From: an uncultured Rickettsiaceae bacterium
GTDB taxonomy: Bacteria > Pseudomonadota > Alphaproteobacteria > Rickettsiales > Rickettsiaceae
Assembly (NCBI GenBank): GCA_964553715.1
Contig: CAZKKY010000002.1
Coordinates: 26,311 to 90,310 of the forward strand
Reading direction: 5' to 3'
DNA length: 64,000 nt
Both the position numbers and the translations under genes were made by a program. The notes below the pieces were generated by a model. The model was not told the DNA's origin, searched no databases, and saw only the letters and a list, made by a program, of their open reading frames with translations. Every line of letters begins with the position of its first letter. Within the stretch, counting starts at the first letter, position 1. Positions 52,364 to 62,339 of this stretch are shown here, one piece after another.

Positions 52364-53524
52364 ATGAATTTTTCATTAAAGCATCGTAATGTACAAACAA
52401 TATTTTTAATTCTGATATATTCTATTTCTGCATCTTACTTGCCTTTGATGGTACATGAGTTTCTATATACCATAAGTCTTCTTATAAAAGATGCACTTAT
52501 ATGGATGATGCCCCTGACAGTTTGCGTATTAATTTCTAGTACTATCGATAAATTTGAAAATAAGGCGCCACTTTTCATAATTGTATTACTTATTTTTGAG
52601 GGTACTTCTAATATTTTAAGCGTCACATATGCATTTATTTCTGGGCATTTGGTTAGTGGTAATATTCCGGATTTTGAAATTATAAACTCTAATCAAGAGT
52701 TTAAAGCCTTATGGAAAATGCCCTTTACTCGTCCTTGGTGGTGGAGCGCTGACAAGGGCAGCATAGCTGGGCTTATTTTAGGATGCTTATCTGCGTTATC
52801 GCGTTCTAAGAATCTAAAAAATGCTATTAATATGTCTAGAAATTTTGTAGAGATATTACTGACTAAAATTTTTGCAAAGCTAGTTCCTTTATTTATTTTA
52901 GGATTCATAGCACAAATATATCAAACCGGTATTCTTTCTCAAATAGCAATCAATTATGGTATATTAGTATTTTATTTAATATGTTTTTTAATCGCATATA
53001 TAGCTTTGATTTTTGCTATAGGTAGCGGGTTTGATACTCATAAAATGTTTTCTGCATTTAGAAATCTTTTACCTGCTGGAGTTATGGCATTAACATCTGG
53101 CTGTAGTTTGTCTACTATGCCACTTACTATAGAAGGCACTGCTAAAAATCTAAAAGATAAATCTCTTGCTAAGGCTATTATTCCTGCTACTACAAATATA
53201 CAACAAGTGGGTGATTGTATTACTAATGCTATGCTATGCTTTTTGATGTATAAACAATTTTTTGGCTATAATCCTGACGGCCTTACCTGGACTGCCTTTA
53301 CTATAGTGTTTGTAGCTGCCAGATTTGCAACAGCCGCTATAATGGGCGGGGCTATTTTCCTTATGCTTCCTATTTATCAAAGCTACTTGAACTTCAATGA
53401 TGAGATGATAGCCATAATACTAGCATTAAATGTGATACTAGATCCAATAGTAACTAGTAGTAACGTAATTGCAAATGGAGGAATGGCTAAAATCTTTGAA
53501 AATATATGGAACAAGATTGTATAA
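52364..53524 (+). CDS. Dicarboxylate/amino-acid:cation symporter (DAACS/GltP-like) family transporter
   Basis: 386 aa, polytopic. Re-entrant-loop-like segments SGCSLSTMPLT and TTNIQQVGDCITNAM are comparable to the DAACS SSSA.LP and NMDG regions. Confidence 0.6.
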   Translation: MNFSLKHRNVQTIFLILIYSISASYLPLMVHEFLYTISLLIKDALIWMMPLTVCVLISSTIDKFENKAPLFIIVLLIFEGTSNILSVTYAFISGHLVSGNIPDFEIINSNQEFKALWKMPFTRPWWWSADKGSIAGLILGCLSALSRSKNLKNAINMSRNFVEILLTKIFAKLVPLFILGFIAQIYQTGILSQIAINYGILVFYLICFLIAYIALIFAIGSGFDTHKMFSAFRNLLPAGVMALTSGCSLSTMPLTIEGTAKNLKDKSLAKAIIPATTNIQQVGDCITNAMLCFLMYKQFFGYNPDGLTWTAFTIVFVAARFATAAIMGGAIFLMLPIYQSYLNFNDEMIAIILALNVILDPIVTSSNVIANGGMAKIFENIWNKIV

Positions 53525-53534
53525 AATCAACTTA

Positions 53535-53987
53535 TTGCCGCGGAGCGGGGCTCCTCGCAATGACGGTTAAGGGTTACGTCATTGCGAAGGCCTTAGCCTG
53601 AAGCAATCCAGAAAAATAAGAAAGATTGCCGCGGAGCGGGGCTCCTCGCAATGACAATAAGTAGCCACGTCGCCATAGGCTCCTCGCAATGACTATTGCG
53701 CCCCCTGTCATCACAAACGCATCCCCGTCATCACGAGCGAAGCGAAGTGAACCAGTTCTTTTATCCTAGATTGCCACGGAGCGGGGCTCCTCGCAATGAC
53801 TATTGCGCCCCCTGTCATCACAAACGCATCCCCGTCATCACGAGCGAAGCGAAGTGAACCAGTTCTTTTATCCTAGATTGCCGCGGAGCATAGCTCCTCG
53901 CAATGACAATAAGTAGCCACGTCGCCATAGGCTCCTCGCAATGACTATTGCGCCCCCTGTCATCACGAGCGAAGCGAAGTGAACCAG
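53535..53987. repeat. GC-rich mosaic of short palindromic repeat modules (Rickettsia-palindromic-element-like)
   Basis: Module A, attgcc(g/a)cggagc(gggg/atag)ctcctcgcaatgac, occurs 4 times (53535, 53625, 53770, 53877). Module B, aataagtagccacgtcgccataggctcctcgcaatgac, occurs twice (53655, 53908). Module C, tattgcgccccctgtcatcac, occurs 3 times (53693, 53801, 53946). The tail gagcgaagcgaagtgaaccag occurs 3 times. There is a perfect 11-bp hairpin tcgcaatgacg/cgtcattgcga at 53555-53587. The block is conspicuously GC-rich against the AT-rich background. Confidence 0.9.
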
Positions 53988-54228
53988 GCCTCAATTTCAT
54001 CAATGATCGCAAAGATAATTAAGAAAGGATTCGCCTATTACAGATACATTAAAAATAAAATTATCCTATGTATTTATATAGATTCGGTTTTCTTATTGAT
54101 ATCTCTGTTTTACTAGTTATAATAGCGATTAATAATTAAAGTACCAATAGTCTAATTAGAGATGCATTTTGATAAGCAGAATAATTAAGGACACTTTTGA
54201 AAAATAAATTTATACAAAGGATATATTT

Positions 54229-57200
54229 ATGGTTAAGAAAAGAAATTTTTCTACAGCAAAAAAATTACTCACCACAGCATCTATGGTAACAGCAATCCTA
54301 AATTATACAGCAGCAGAGGCAGCACCGGTTGTCAAATTTATAAGTAATGGGAATGTTAGTGTCAGCACTAGCTCTAATACAAATTGGTTTTCTTGGGATG
54401 GTACTAACTGGAGTAATAGTAGTGTACTAGCTCCATCTTCTGGTAGTGTTTTGACAGCATGCAATGGTGCCCCAATTACTTTTGATACTTCTGGTCCTTT
54501 TTATCTTGCTATTGAAGATGGGAATAGTAATGTTACAATTTCGCACCCTACTACTCTTCACAGTGTATATAATAAGAGCGGTGTTGCTAATGTACAACTA
54601 AATGCTAATCTAACTCTTGGTGGTGGTGGCACGCAAGATACTTATGATGTATCAGATAATAAGTATACAATTCCTGCAAATGATTTTTCTGCTCTAACTA
54701 GTGGTAGCATTACTATTAGTGGTGATCATTCTTTGATAGGAAATATTGTAACTCAAACTGTTACTACAGGGACTCTATCTATAGCAGGGGCACATAAATT
54801 TACTCTTAATAATATTGATCTAACAGTAACAAACCAGATTACAGCTACAGATGGTGCTTCTATTCTTGGTACTAATATTAGTAACGATCAACTTAATGCA
54901 ACCGGTAGACTTAATTTCACTGGTGAGCATAGTTTTACATTAGATAGTACTAAATTTACGGGTAATGTTACTACTGGTAATAATGGTGAGGGTACTTTAA
55001 TATTAAATGGCGCTAATATTTCTGGTGATATTGGTGCTGTTGGCACTGCCCTAAAAGCGCTTCAGATAAATACTTCTGGTGCTGTTGATAATATATATGT
55101 TAATAATACCATACTTAATGGTCCACTAACGGTAAGAGGTAAGTTTGTTGGTGATAATATTACGGGTAAGGCAAGATTGACCTTAAAAGGCTCTGGTTTA
55201 AATATTAGTGGTGATATTGGTGCTTTAGGATCCAATTTACAATACATCACTGTCTCAAGTAATACAAATATCACTTGTACAAATGCATTTGTTAATGAGA
55301 TAGATTTTGATGATGATTATTCATTAACGTTTACTGGCAATTTAACCGGTAAAGTTACTACTGGTAGGGATGGTGAGGGTACTTTAATATTAAATGGCGC
55401 TACTGTTGATGGCACTGTTGGTGCTGTTGGCACTGCCCTAAAAGAACTTCAGATAGGTTCAAATAATTCTTCTGTAACAAAGGCAATTAATGCTGGCAGC
55501 ATCAATTTTGCTGGTGATTATAGTTTTACACTACAGAATAACTTTACAGGTAATGTTACTACTGGTACTGATGGTGAGGGTACTTTAATATTAAATGGCG
55601 CTACTGTTGATGGCACTGTTGGTGCTGTTGGAAGTGCTATAAATAATCTTTCTCTCCTAGGGGGAGGTGTTACAGGCGATATTTATGCTCAAACAGTAAC
55701 TATCGGGGGTGATGTTTCTGTTACTGTTAATAATATTAAGAATCTTGAGACACTGGATTTAAGTGGTAAACTTACTATAGATAATAATCTAGATCCGCTT
55801 GCCAATATTAACATCAATGCAGCTTCTACTTTAGTAGGTACTCCTAATCCTCCTTTCGTCTCAGAGAATGAGGTAAATACTACGGACCTTACCTTCGGTG
55901 GGGCTAATTCTTTCACCCTTGACAAAATTATTCTAGAAGTGACAAACCAGATTGAAGCTACAGATGGTGCTTCTATTATTGGTACTGATATTACAATTGA
56001 GGAAGTGGTAGCAACCGGTGGACTTAATTTCACTGGTGATCATAGTTTTACATTGGGAACCCTTAACTTTACAGGTAATGTTACTACTGGTAATAATGAT
56101 GAGGGTACTTTAATATTAAATGGTGCTATTGTTTATGGCACTGTTGGTGCTGCTGGCACTTCCCTAAAAGAACTTCAGATAGGTACAGGTGATTCTTCTG
56201 TAACAAAGGCAATTAATGCTAAAGGTATTAATTTTGGCGCTGCTGGTAAGTTAGAAATAAGTGATGATGCGACAATTGGAGCTGATGGAATTACAATTAG
56301 TGCAACTGGCGCTTCATTAGTCGGTACAGCAGGTGTTCCAAAGAATGTAACTCTGGATTCTGGAAATGGTGCTTTAAATTTCACTGGTAATCATAGCTTT
56401 ACATTACAGAATATAAAATTAACCGGTAATATTACTACTGATAGGAGTAGAGGGACTTTAATATTAAATGGCGCTACTGTTACAGGAGGTGTTGGTAAGG
56501 ATGGTAAAGATCTAGTAGAGATACAAATAGGTGCTCGTGATTCAGAAGTAATAGGTAATATTTACAGTCAAGAGGTCAAGTTTAATGATGCTGGAAAATT
56601 AACGGTTAGTGGCAGTGTTAGTACTGATTCTAGTTCTAATAATGGTGCTATTACAATAGATTTCGCGAATAAAGCTGGCGAATTAGTTGTAAATGGTAGC
56701 AATACGTTAAATATATCTGGCATCGATAATGTAATTAATAGTTATTCTTCGCTCAACACAATGCCTCATAGGATTGCTCATACTTCAACAATTACGTCCA
56801 CTGGAGGAACTAAGGGAACTTTAACCTTGAACGGTGAATCTTTAAAAAATGTAACAATTAATAGTTTAGACAAGATATCGATTGGTAAAGGCGCTTCTGC
56901 AATATGGTATGATGCTGCTACTGATGTAAAAGTAGATCAAATATCAATTGCTAATGCAAGTGGTGGTTTGTTATTTTCTAATGCTAAGGTTAGCCATACA
57001 ACTGCTGCTAATTCAAGCGTAAGCTTTACTCAGGACGGATATTTATACTTAAAAGATACAAACTTCACTGGTAATATCGGCTCTACTGCTGCAAACCAAG
57101 GAAATTTGATCTTATCAGGATCTACTGTTACAGGTACTGTTGGTGCTGGTAATGCTCTTAAGGCAATATATATTGCTGAAGGTAATAGCACAGTTACAGA

Positions 57201-59433
57201 CGTAATAAATGGAAGTGTAAATTTTATTCGGGATAATAACTCTCTTACAATTAATGCTGTAAATGGTATAAACGGTAATATTACAACAACTGGCAAAGCT
57301 TCTACCTTAACTTTAGCAGCTAATTTCTCAACACAGGGAACTATTGGCTCGTTAAAAGAAATTGTATTAAAGCCAAATGTCACATTCACAATTAATCATA
57401 ATAACGCAGCTGAGACTATTTCTGGTGATAGCACTTCATCTGTTGAGTTAAGCGTTGCTGCAAGTGCTGCTAACATAAAAAATGTTGGCAAGAAAGGTGC
57501 ATCTATAAATTCTATTACTGCAAATAGCGGTGGTACATTCGTTGGTAATTTATATGCAAATAACATTTTACTTACAAATAATACTGCTAAGACTATAGAG
57601 TTTGATGGTAGTGTTAATGGTAACGTTGTTCTAGATGGATCTAATCATAATGTAGTTATTGGCGATGGTGCTTCTATTAATGGTGATATTAATACAAAGA
57701 CTGCAGGGGGCGAGTTATCCTTTACTAAATCTGCTTCCTTTAATGGTAATTTAGGTTCTGGTGCTGGCTTTAATAAGGTAGTCATGGCAGCACAAGATGG
57801 TGTTGTTTCTGGTGCTGGTTCTATAAATGCTAAAAATATAGACCATAGTAATGGGAATTTTGCGTTATCCGGGAACTTAAAAGTGTACGGAAGCTATAAC
57901 TTAACAGCAGCTGGCCTTAACTTAAATAGCTATAGCATGACTACAGATAGCTTTGTTTTCGGTGCTGGGGATAGCAAGTTTAGAGTTGAAATGGGTAAAG
58001 GGGTTTTAGGTAATCTTGTAACAAACAATATTACTGTTGACCCTAATGCTAAGATTACTATCATTATAGAGGATAAAGACCCTTCGGTTCCTTTAAGTGG
58101 TACAAAGCTTAACGTAATTACTGCAGCTGGCACTACTCAAAACATGAGTGATATTATAAAATATTGTTCTGATGATGAAAAAATAGAGATTTTGGGTACT
58201 AACAGATTCGAAAATTATACTTTTAAAGCAATACAAAATGGCAATAATGGTTTTATCCTGCAATTAACATCAATGAGGCAAGCAGGAGAAGACCAAGTAA
58301 CTATTGGTCTTCTGCCAGAATATTTACAAGGACCAACGAAAGAACTACTTGACGCTTGGGATAGTAACAAAATAGTTCTAGGTAGTGATCTTGACCAATT
58401 ATTGACATTATCTGGTAATCTTGACCCTAATACTTCAGCTGAATTATTAGAAAAAGTTAAGAGAGAAGGTGTGATTCATAATGTAGCTCTGCCAACTAAT
58501 ATATCTTCTGTTCCTACTAATGTTCTTGGTTCTCATATTATTTCTTTAGTTACACCTATAGCATCTGCTGCTGGTGATGAAAATTCTAAAGAAGTTGGAC
58601 TCTGGGCTAGCGCTTTTGGTGGTAATGCATTGCAGAAATCTTATCAAAAGCAAATAGGATTTAGATCTTCTACTGCTGGAGGTGCTATAGGCTTTGATAC
58701 TGAGATTAATGATCAGACAATTGTTGGTCTTGCAGGAACTTATAGTGCATCTAATGTAAAGCCGAAAGGAAAGTTATCTGGAGATACGGTAAAAGCAAAA
58801 AGCTATGCTATCTCTTTCTATGGTATTTCTAACCTAGGAAATAACTGGTTCGCGCAAGGGTCAGTAGCTTTAGGCAATACTAGTATTAGTAATAATAATA
58901 GGAGGGTTGTTGGCGCTTCTTCTTATGTTATTGCAAAAAGCAAATTTAATATCGTAAATTATTCTCTTGATATGCTTGCAGGTTATAATTATAGAGTTGG
59001 TTCTTCTAGTATTATTACTCCGCTTGCTGGTATTAGCTATGTTAGATATAACAATGATGATGCTCAGGAAACCGGAGCTGGTATCCAAAATAGAAAAATC
59101 AAGATGAAAGCTGTAGATAAGATAAATGGTATTATGGGAGCTAGAATTTCCCATAATATCGCACTTGAAGAAGATAGAGTTCTTGAACTAGAGCTTCATG
59201 GATTTGGGTCTTATGACTTCAAAAACCAAACCCCTTCTACAGATATTAGAATTAGCGGATATGATAAATCTCTATCTAGCGGGTCTCAGAAGCCGTCTCG
59301 TACCAGCTTTAATCTAGGTACTAGCTTTACAAATAAAAAAGGCATGATTGAATATGGTGCCGGCTATGATATGAATCTTTCAAAGAAATATCAAGCTCAT
59401 CAAGGTTCTGTAAAACTGAGGGTGAATTTTTAA
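54229..59433 (+). CDS. Autotransporter outer-membrane protein (Sca-like), 1734 aa, with repetitive passenger domain
   Basis: Has an N-terminal signal-like segment (MVKKRNFSTAKKLLTTASMVTAILNYTAAEA) and a G/T/N/S-rich passenger with repeated FTGNVTTG..GEGTLILNGA.V.G.VGA.G..LK.LQIG modules. The C-terminal ~280 aa show alternating beta-strand pattern (EVGLWASAFGGNA...) and end in RVNF. Confidence 0.88.
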   Translation: MVKKRNFSTAKKLLTTASMVTAILNYTAAEAAPVVKFISNGNVSVSTSSNTNWFSWDGTNWSNSSVLAPSSGSVLTACNGAPITFDTSGPFYLAIEDGNSNVTISHPTTLHSVYNKSGVANVQLNANLTLGGGGTQDTYDVSDNKYTIPANDFSALTSGSITISGDHSLIGNIVTQTVTTGTLSIAGAHKFTLNNIDLTVTNQITATDGASILGTNISNDQLNATGRLNFTGEHSFTLDSTKFTGNVTTGNNGEGTLILNGANISGDIGAVGTALKALQINTSGAVDNIYVNNTILNGPLTVRGKFVGDNITGKARLTLKGSGLNISGDIGALGSNLQYITVSSNTNITCTNAFVNEIDFDDDYSLTFTGNLTGKVTTGRDGEGTLILNGATVDGTVGAVGTALKELQIGSNNSSVTKAINAGSINFAGDYSFTLQNNFTGNVTTGTDGEGTLILNGATVDGTVGAVGSAINNLSLLGGGVTGDIYAQTVTIGGDVSVTVNNIKNLETLDLSGKLTIDNNLDPLANININAASTLVGTPNPPFVSENEVNTTDLTFGGANSFTLDKIILEVTNQIEATDGASIIGTDITIEEVVATGGLNFTGDHSFTLGTLNFTGNVTTGNNDEGTLILNGAIVYGTVGAAGTSLKELQIGTGDSSVTKAINAKGINFGAAGKLEISDDATIGADGITISATGASLVGTAGVPKNVTLDSGNGALNFTGNHSFTLQNIKLTGNITTDRSRGTLILNGATVTGGVGKDGKDLVEIQIGARDSEVIGNIYSQEVKFNDAGKLTVSGSVSTDSSSNNGAITIDFANKAGELVVNGSNTLNISGIDNVINSYSSLNTMPHRIAHTSTITSTGGTKGTLTLNGESLKNVTINSLDKISIGKGASAIWYDAATDVKVDQISIANASGGLLFSNAKVSHTTAANSSVSFTQDGYLYLKDTNFTGNIGSTAANQGNLILSGSTVTGTVGAGNALKAIYIAEGNSTVTDVINGSVNFIRDNNSLTINAVNGINGNITTTGKASTLTLAANFSTQGTIGSLKEIVLKPNVTFTINHNNAAETISGDSTSSVELSVAASAANIKNVGKKGASINSITANSGGTFVGNLYANNILLTNNTAKTIEFDGSVNGNVVLDGSNHNVVIGDGASINGDINTKTAGGELSFTKSASFNGNLGSGAGFNKVVMAAQDGVVSGAGSINAKNIDHSNGNFALSGNLKVYGSYNLTAAGLNLNSYSMTTDSFVFGAGDSKFRVEMGKGVLGNLVTNNITVDPNAKITIIIEDKDPSVPLSGTKLNVITAAGTTQNMSDIIKYCSDDEKIEILGTNRFENYTFKAIQNGNNGFILQLTSMRQAGEDQVTIGLLPEYLQGPTKELLDAWDSNKIVLGSDLDQLLTLSGNLDPNTSAELLEKVKREGVIHNVALPTNISSVPTNVLGSHIISLVTPIASAAGDENSKEVGLWASAFGGNALQKSYQKQIGFRSSTAGGAIGFDTEINDQTIVGLAGTYSASNVKPKGKLSGDTVKAKSYAISFYGISNLGNNWFAQGSVALGNTSISNNNRRVVGASSYVIAKSKFNIVNYSLDMLAGYNYRVGSSSIITPLAGISYVRYNNDDAQETGAGIQNRKIKMKAVDKINGIMGARISHNIALEEDRVLELELHGFGSYDFKNQTPSTDIRISGYDKSLSSGSQKPSRTSFNLGTSFTNKKGMIEYGAGYDMNLSKKYQAHQGSVKLRVNF

Positions 59434-59441
59434 CAAACACC

Positions 59442-59500
59442 CTTTCGTAAGCGAAAGAATGGAAGCTAATTGTCATACAATCTAAGCTTCCATTATTTTA
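59442..59500. terminator. Two hairpins between convergent autotransporter and ampG genes
   Basis: The first is ctttcg-taag-cgaaag (59442-59457). The second is aatggaagct...agcttccatt (59458-59494) with inner attgt/acaat pairing, followed by atttta. Confidence 0.5.
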
Positions 59501-59646
59501 ATCCATATTTCTCATTCCCTATCCAAACTCCTTAATTGCAAGGACTGTTTATAGATCTTAGAAAAATTGTATACACAAGAGAAGATAGGTGATCTAGATC
59601 TAGAGATTGTCACGTCACTTTCTAGATATGATATGTGATTTATTTA

Positions 59647-60900
59647 TTATAAATTAGAGAGTTTAAACCTTCGACCTATATAAATCAGCAAACAAAGTGC
59701 TGGTAATTCTAGAAACACTGTAAGAATGAAGAAACTATCCCACCCTATAGATTTTATAATCAAGCCCGAATAAGAAGAAAAAATATTGTTTGCTAGGTTA
59801 GATAGGCTACTTAATAATGCATATTGACTAGCGCTATAAGTTTTATTGCATAATGCACTTAAATATCCTACTAATGCTGTTGTTCCCATTCCACCTGTAA
59901 AATTATCAATCGATACTGCTATAACTAAGGGAATCTCTGATGGCGTCTGGTGATGAAGCCACAAATATGCTAAATTAGATATAGATTGTAAAATACCACA
60001 AACTATCATACCCTTTATATTGCCTATTTTATATATCAGCATTCCGCCTAATATAGATCCACAACTAGTTGCTATTAAACCATAAGATTTTACATAAAGT
60101 CCGATTTGTGAGTTATTATATCCTAGCTCTTTATAAAAAGGCATACTCACAAAACCTAACATAGCCTCACCCATTTTATAACATACGATAGAAGCAAGTA
60201 TTAATAATGCTCCATCACGAGTTAATATGTCTTTAAATGGTGATATCACTATGTTTTTAAATCTATCTATAATGTTAGAGTCATCCGAAAGAATAATACT
60301 ACTCTCTTCTTTAATGCTGAAAGCAAATATCATGCCGGCAAGAAAGATGCATGACATAATTATAAAAGCGATTGGCCAATATTCTGTATTAATGCCTACA
60401 AAATACATCGTAACACCACCTGTTATATAGGCCCCAAGACGCCATCCAAACACTGCTGTTGCAGACCCTATAGCTTGCTGATTATCTGAAAGTAAGTTGA
60501 TTCTAAGCCCATCATAGCTTAAATCATATGTTGCTCCGCAAATACCAAACAATATTGCTAAATATCTAAAATTTGATATTGATTCTAAAGGACCAGTAAC
60601 ACTCATCCAAAATAATATAACCGACATCAATCCAGTAGTTAGAATGATCCAAGATTTTTTAGCGCCTAATTTATGTAAAAATGGAATCTTAACAGAATCT
60701 ATCAGAGGAGACCAAAATACTTTAAGAGTATATGGACTTCTTGCTATTGCAAAGCTAGTAAGAACTGTGATATCTATCTTATAATCACTCATCCACCCTA
60801 TAATACTTGTATATAGAATAGAAAATGGCATCCCACTAATTATTCCAAGTACAAAGACTTGAAATAACCGAAATTCTTTTAACCAAATAGGAAGCTTCAC
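59647..60900 (-). CDS. ampG: AmpG-family MFS permease
   Basis: 417 aa with 12+ TM helices. The N-terminal LGIISGMPFSILYTSIIGWM and overall AmpG-like layout support the call. The GTG start overlaps the upstream stop by 1 nt. Confidence 0.8.
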   Translation of the reverse strand: MKLPIWLKEFRLFQVFVLGIISGMPFSILYTSIIGWMSDYKIDITVLTSFAIARSPYTLKVFWSPLIDSVKIPFLHKLGAKKSWIILTTGLMSVILFWMSVTGPLESISNFRYLAILFGICGATYDLSYDGLRINLLSDNQQAIGSATAVFGWRLGAYITGGVTMYFVGINTEYWPIAFIIMSCIFLAGMIFAFSIKEESSIILSDDSNIIDRFKNIVISPFKDILTRDGALLILASIVCYKMGEAMLGFVSMPFYKELGYNNSQIGLYVKSYGLIATSCGSILGGMLIYKIGNIKGMIVCGILQSISNLAYLWLHHQTPSEIPLVIAVSIDNFTGGMGTTALVGYLSALCNKTYSASQYALLSSLSNLANNIFSSYSGLIIKSIGWDSFFILTVFLELPALCLLIYIGRRFKLSNL

Positions 60901-61361
60901 TACTTAACCTCTACAGGCACCTCTTTCAAGCCTATATCTTTGATTTTTAATTTAATTGTGAATTTATCACCACTTTTGAGTTCTTGTTTTAGAGCCATAA
61001 GCATTATATGAGTTCCACCAGGTTTTAGCTCTATAGTACTTTCAGCTGGTATAACTATTTTATCTACAGCACGCATTCTACTAATTTTTTGGTCATCAAC
61101 ATAGCTATCATGCAACTCTACTCTATTTGCTGTAAGTGGTGCAGAAACGCTGATAATCTCATATTCCTTAATATCGTTGTTTTTAATTGTCATATATATT
61201 GCTGAATTTTCATTAGGCGCAAGAGCAGTCCTTGCCCAAACATTTGTGATATCAAGCTTAACAATTGCACTAAGGCCATTATTACTATTGTATGTAGCAG
61301 AAAAACTATAAGAAGGTATTAAAGCTAGGGACAAGAATAAAGAAAGAATTTTTTTGATCAT
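60900..61361 (-). CDS. Periplasmic copper chaperone PCu(A)C (DUF461)
   Basis: 153 aa; signal peptide; H(x)nM...GGTHIMLM copper-binding pattern. Confidence 0.8.
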   Translation of the reverse strand: MIKKILSLFLSLALIPSYSFSATYNSNNGLSAIVKLDITNVWARTALAPNENSAIYMTIKNNDIKEYEIISVSAPLTANRVELHDSYVDDQKISRMRAVDKIVIPAESTIELKPGGTHIMLMALKQELKSGDKFTIKLKIKDIGLKEVPVEVK

Positions 61362-61430
61362 GATTTACCTTTTTGATATTTTGTAATGGATTAAAATATA
61401 TATCTCATACATCTAGACGTCAATATTATA

Positions 61431-62165
61431 CTAAGAATAATATGAATCATAGAATTTTCGTGCTTTTTCTAGATCTTTTTCTGTATCAACAGATATTGGT
61501 ATAGACTTTGAATAGCAAACATCTATTGTCATATTACTTTCTAACGCTCTTAGCTGTTCTAATTTTTCTGTTTTTTCTAAATATGAGGGCTCAAGTTTTA
61601 TAAATTTTTCAAGTGACTCTACCTTGTAACCATATATTCCTATATGATACCAATAAGATTCTGCGTTATAGGGAATCATATGTCTTGAAAAATAAATAGC
61701 CTTGTCATTATTACCGATTACTACCTTTACATTACTAGGTTCTTTTGCATTATCAGCATCTATTGCAGCTACAGGAGTAACGATATCTGCGTTAGAATTT
61801 TTCAGCTTTATTACTAAATCTAGAATTATAGAACTATCAATGAATGGTAAATCGCCTTGAATATTTATTATGTATTTTATGTTATTTTTATCTTTTATCG
61901 CCTGATATGCCTGATAGACTCTATCGGTGCCTGATTCTAATGCCTCATCTGTCATAATAGCCATACCGCCTGCATTACTAATTACTTCTGCTATTTCAGC
62001 GCTATCTGTTGCTACGTAAATATGCTTAAAACCTAGTTCTAAAGCTCTAAGATATGTATGATGGATCATCGGTTTATTGCCAATCATAGCCAGTGCTTTA
62101 TTTCTTAGCCTTGTAGAACCTAGCCTTGCAGGAATTATTATTGCTATATCTTTATGCTCTATCAT
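61431..62165 (-). CDS. kdsB: 3-deoxy-manno-octulosonate cytidylyltransferase
   Basis: 244 aa; IIIPARLGSTRLRNK, NIQGDLPF. Confidence 0.92.
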   Translation of the reverse strand: MIEHKDIAIIIPARLGSTRLRNKALAMIGNKPMIHHTYLRALELGFKHIYVATDSAEIAEVISNAGGMAIMTDEALESGTDRVYQAYQAIKDKNNIKYIINIQGDLPFIDSSIILDLVIKLKNSNADIVTPVAAIDADNAKEPSNVKVVIGNNDKAIYFSRHMIPYNAESYWYHIGIYGYKVESLEKFIKLEPSYLEKTEKLEQLRALESNMTIDVCYSKSIPISVDTEKDLEKARKFYDSYYS

Positions 62166-62236
62166 ATATTGCTATTTTTTAAAAATTTGCTTGACATAAT
62201 AAGGTTTTTGCGTCATAAAGACAAGATCATTTTTAG

Positions 62237-62312
62237 GAGCCCGTAGCTCAGCAGGTAGAGCACTTGACTTTTAATCAGGGTGTCCCGGGTTCGAATCCCG
62301 GCGGGCTCACCA
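62237..62312 (+). tRNA. tRNA-Lys (anticodon UUU)
   Basis: GAGCCCG acceptor / CGGGCTC, TAGCTCAGCAGGTAGAGC D-arm, CTTGA-CTTTTAA-TCAGG, GGTTCGAATCC, encoded CCA. Confidence 0.95.
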
Positions 62313-62339
62313 TCCTAAATTATTTTTAGATCCTAGCTT

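Noticed and set aside
53535-53987. Possible CRISPR array (a 31-bp unit recurring four times).
   Set aside because: The spacing is irregular (90, 145, 107 bp). The intervening segments are themselves repeated modules rather than unique spacers, and no cas genes are present. It is a palindromic-element mosaic.
53818-54012. 64-aa ORF on the minus strand inside the GC-rich repeats (..SLRFARDDRGRNSHCEEP..).
   Set aside because: It is composed entirely of repeat modules. Such ORFs are a by-product of GC-rich palindromic elements, and no start context or coding periodicity supports it.
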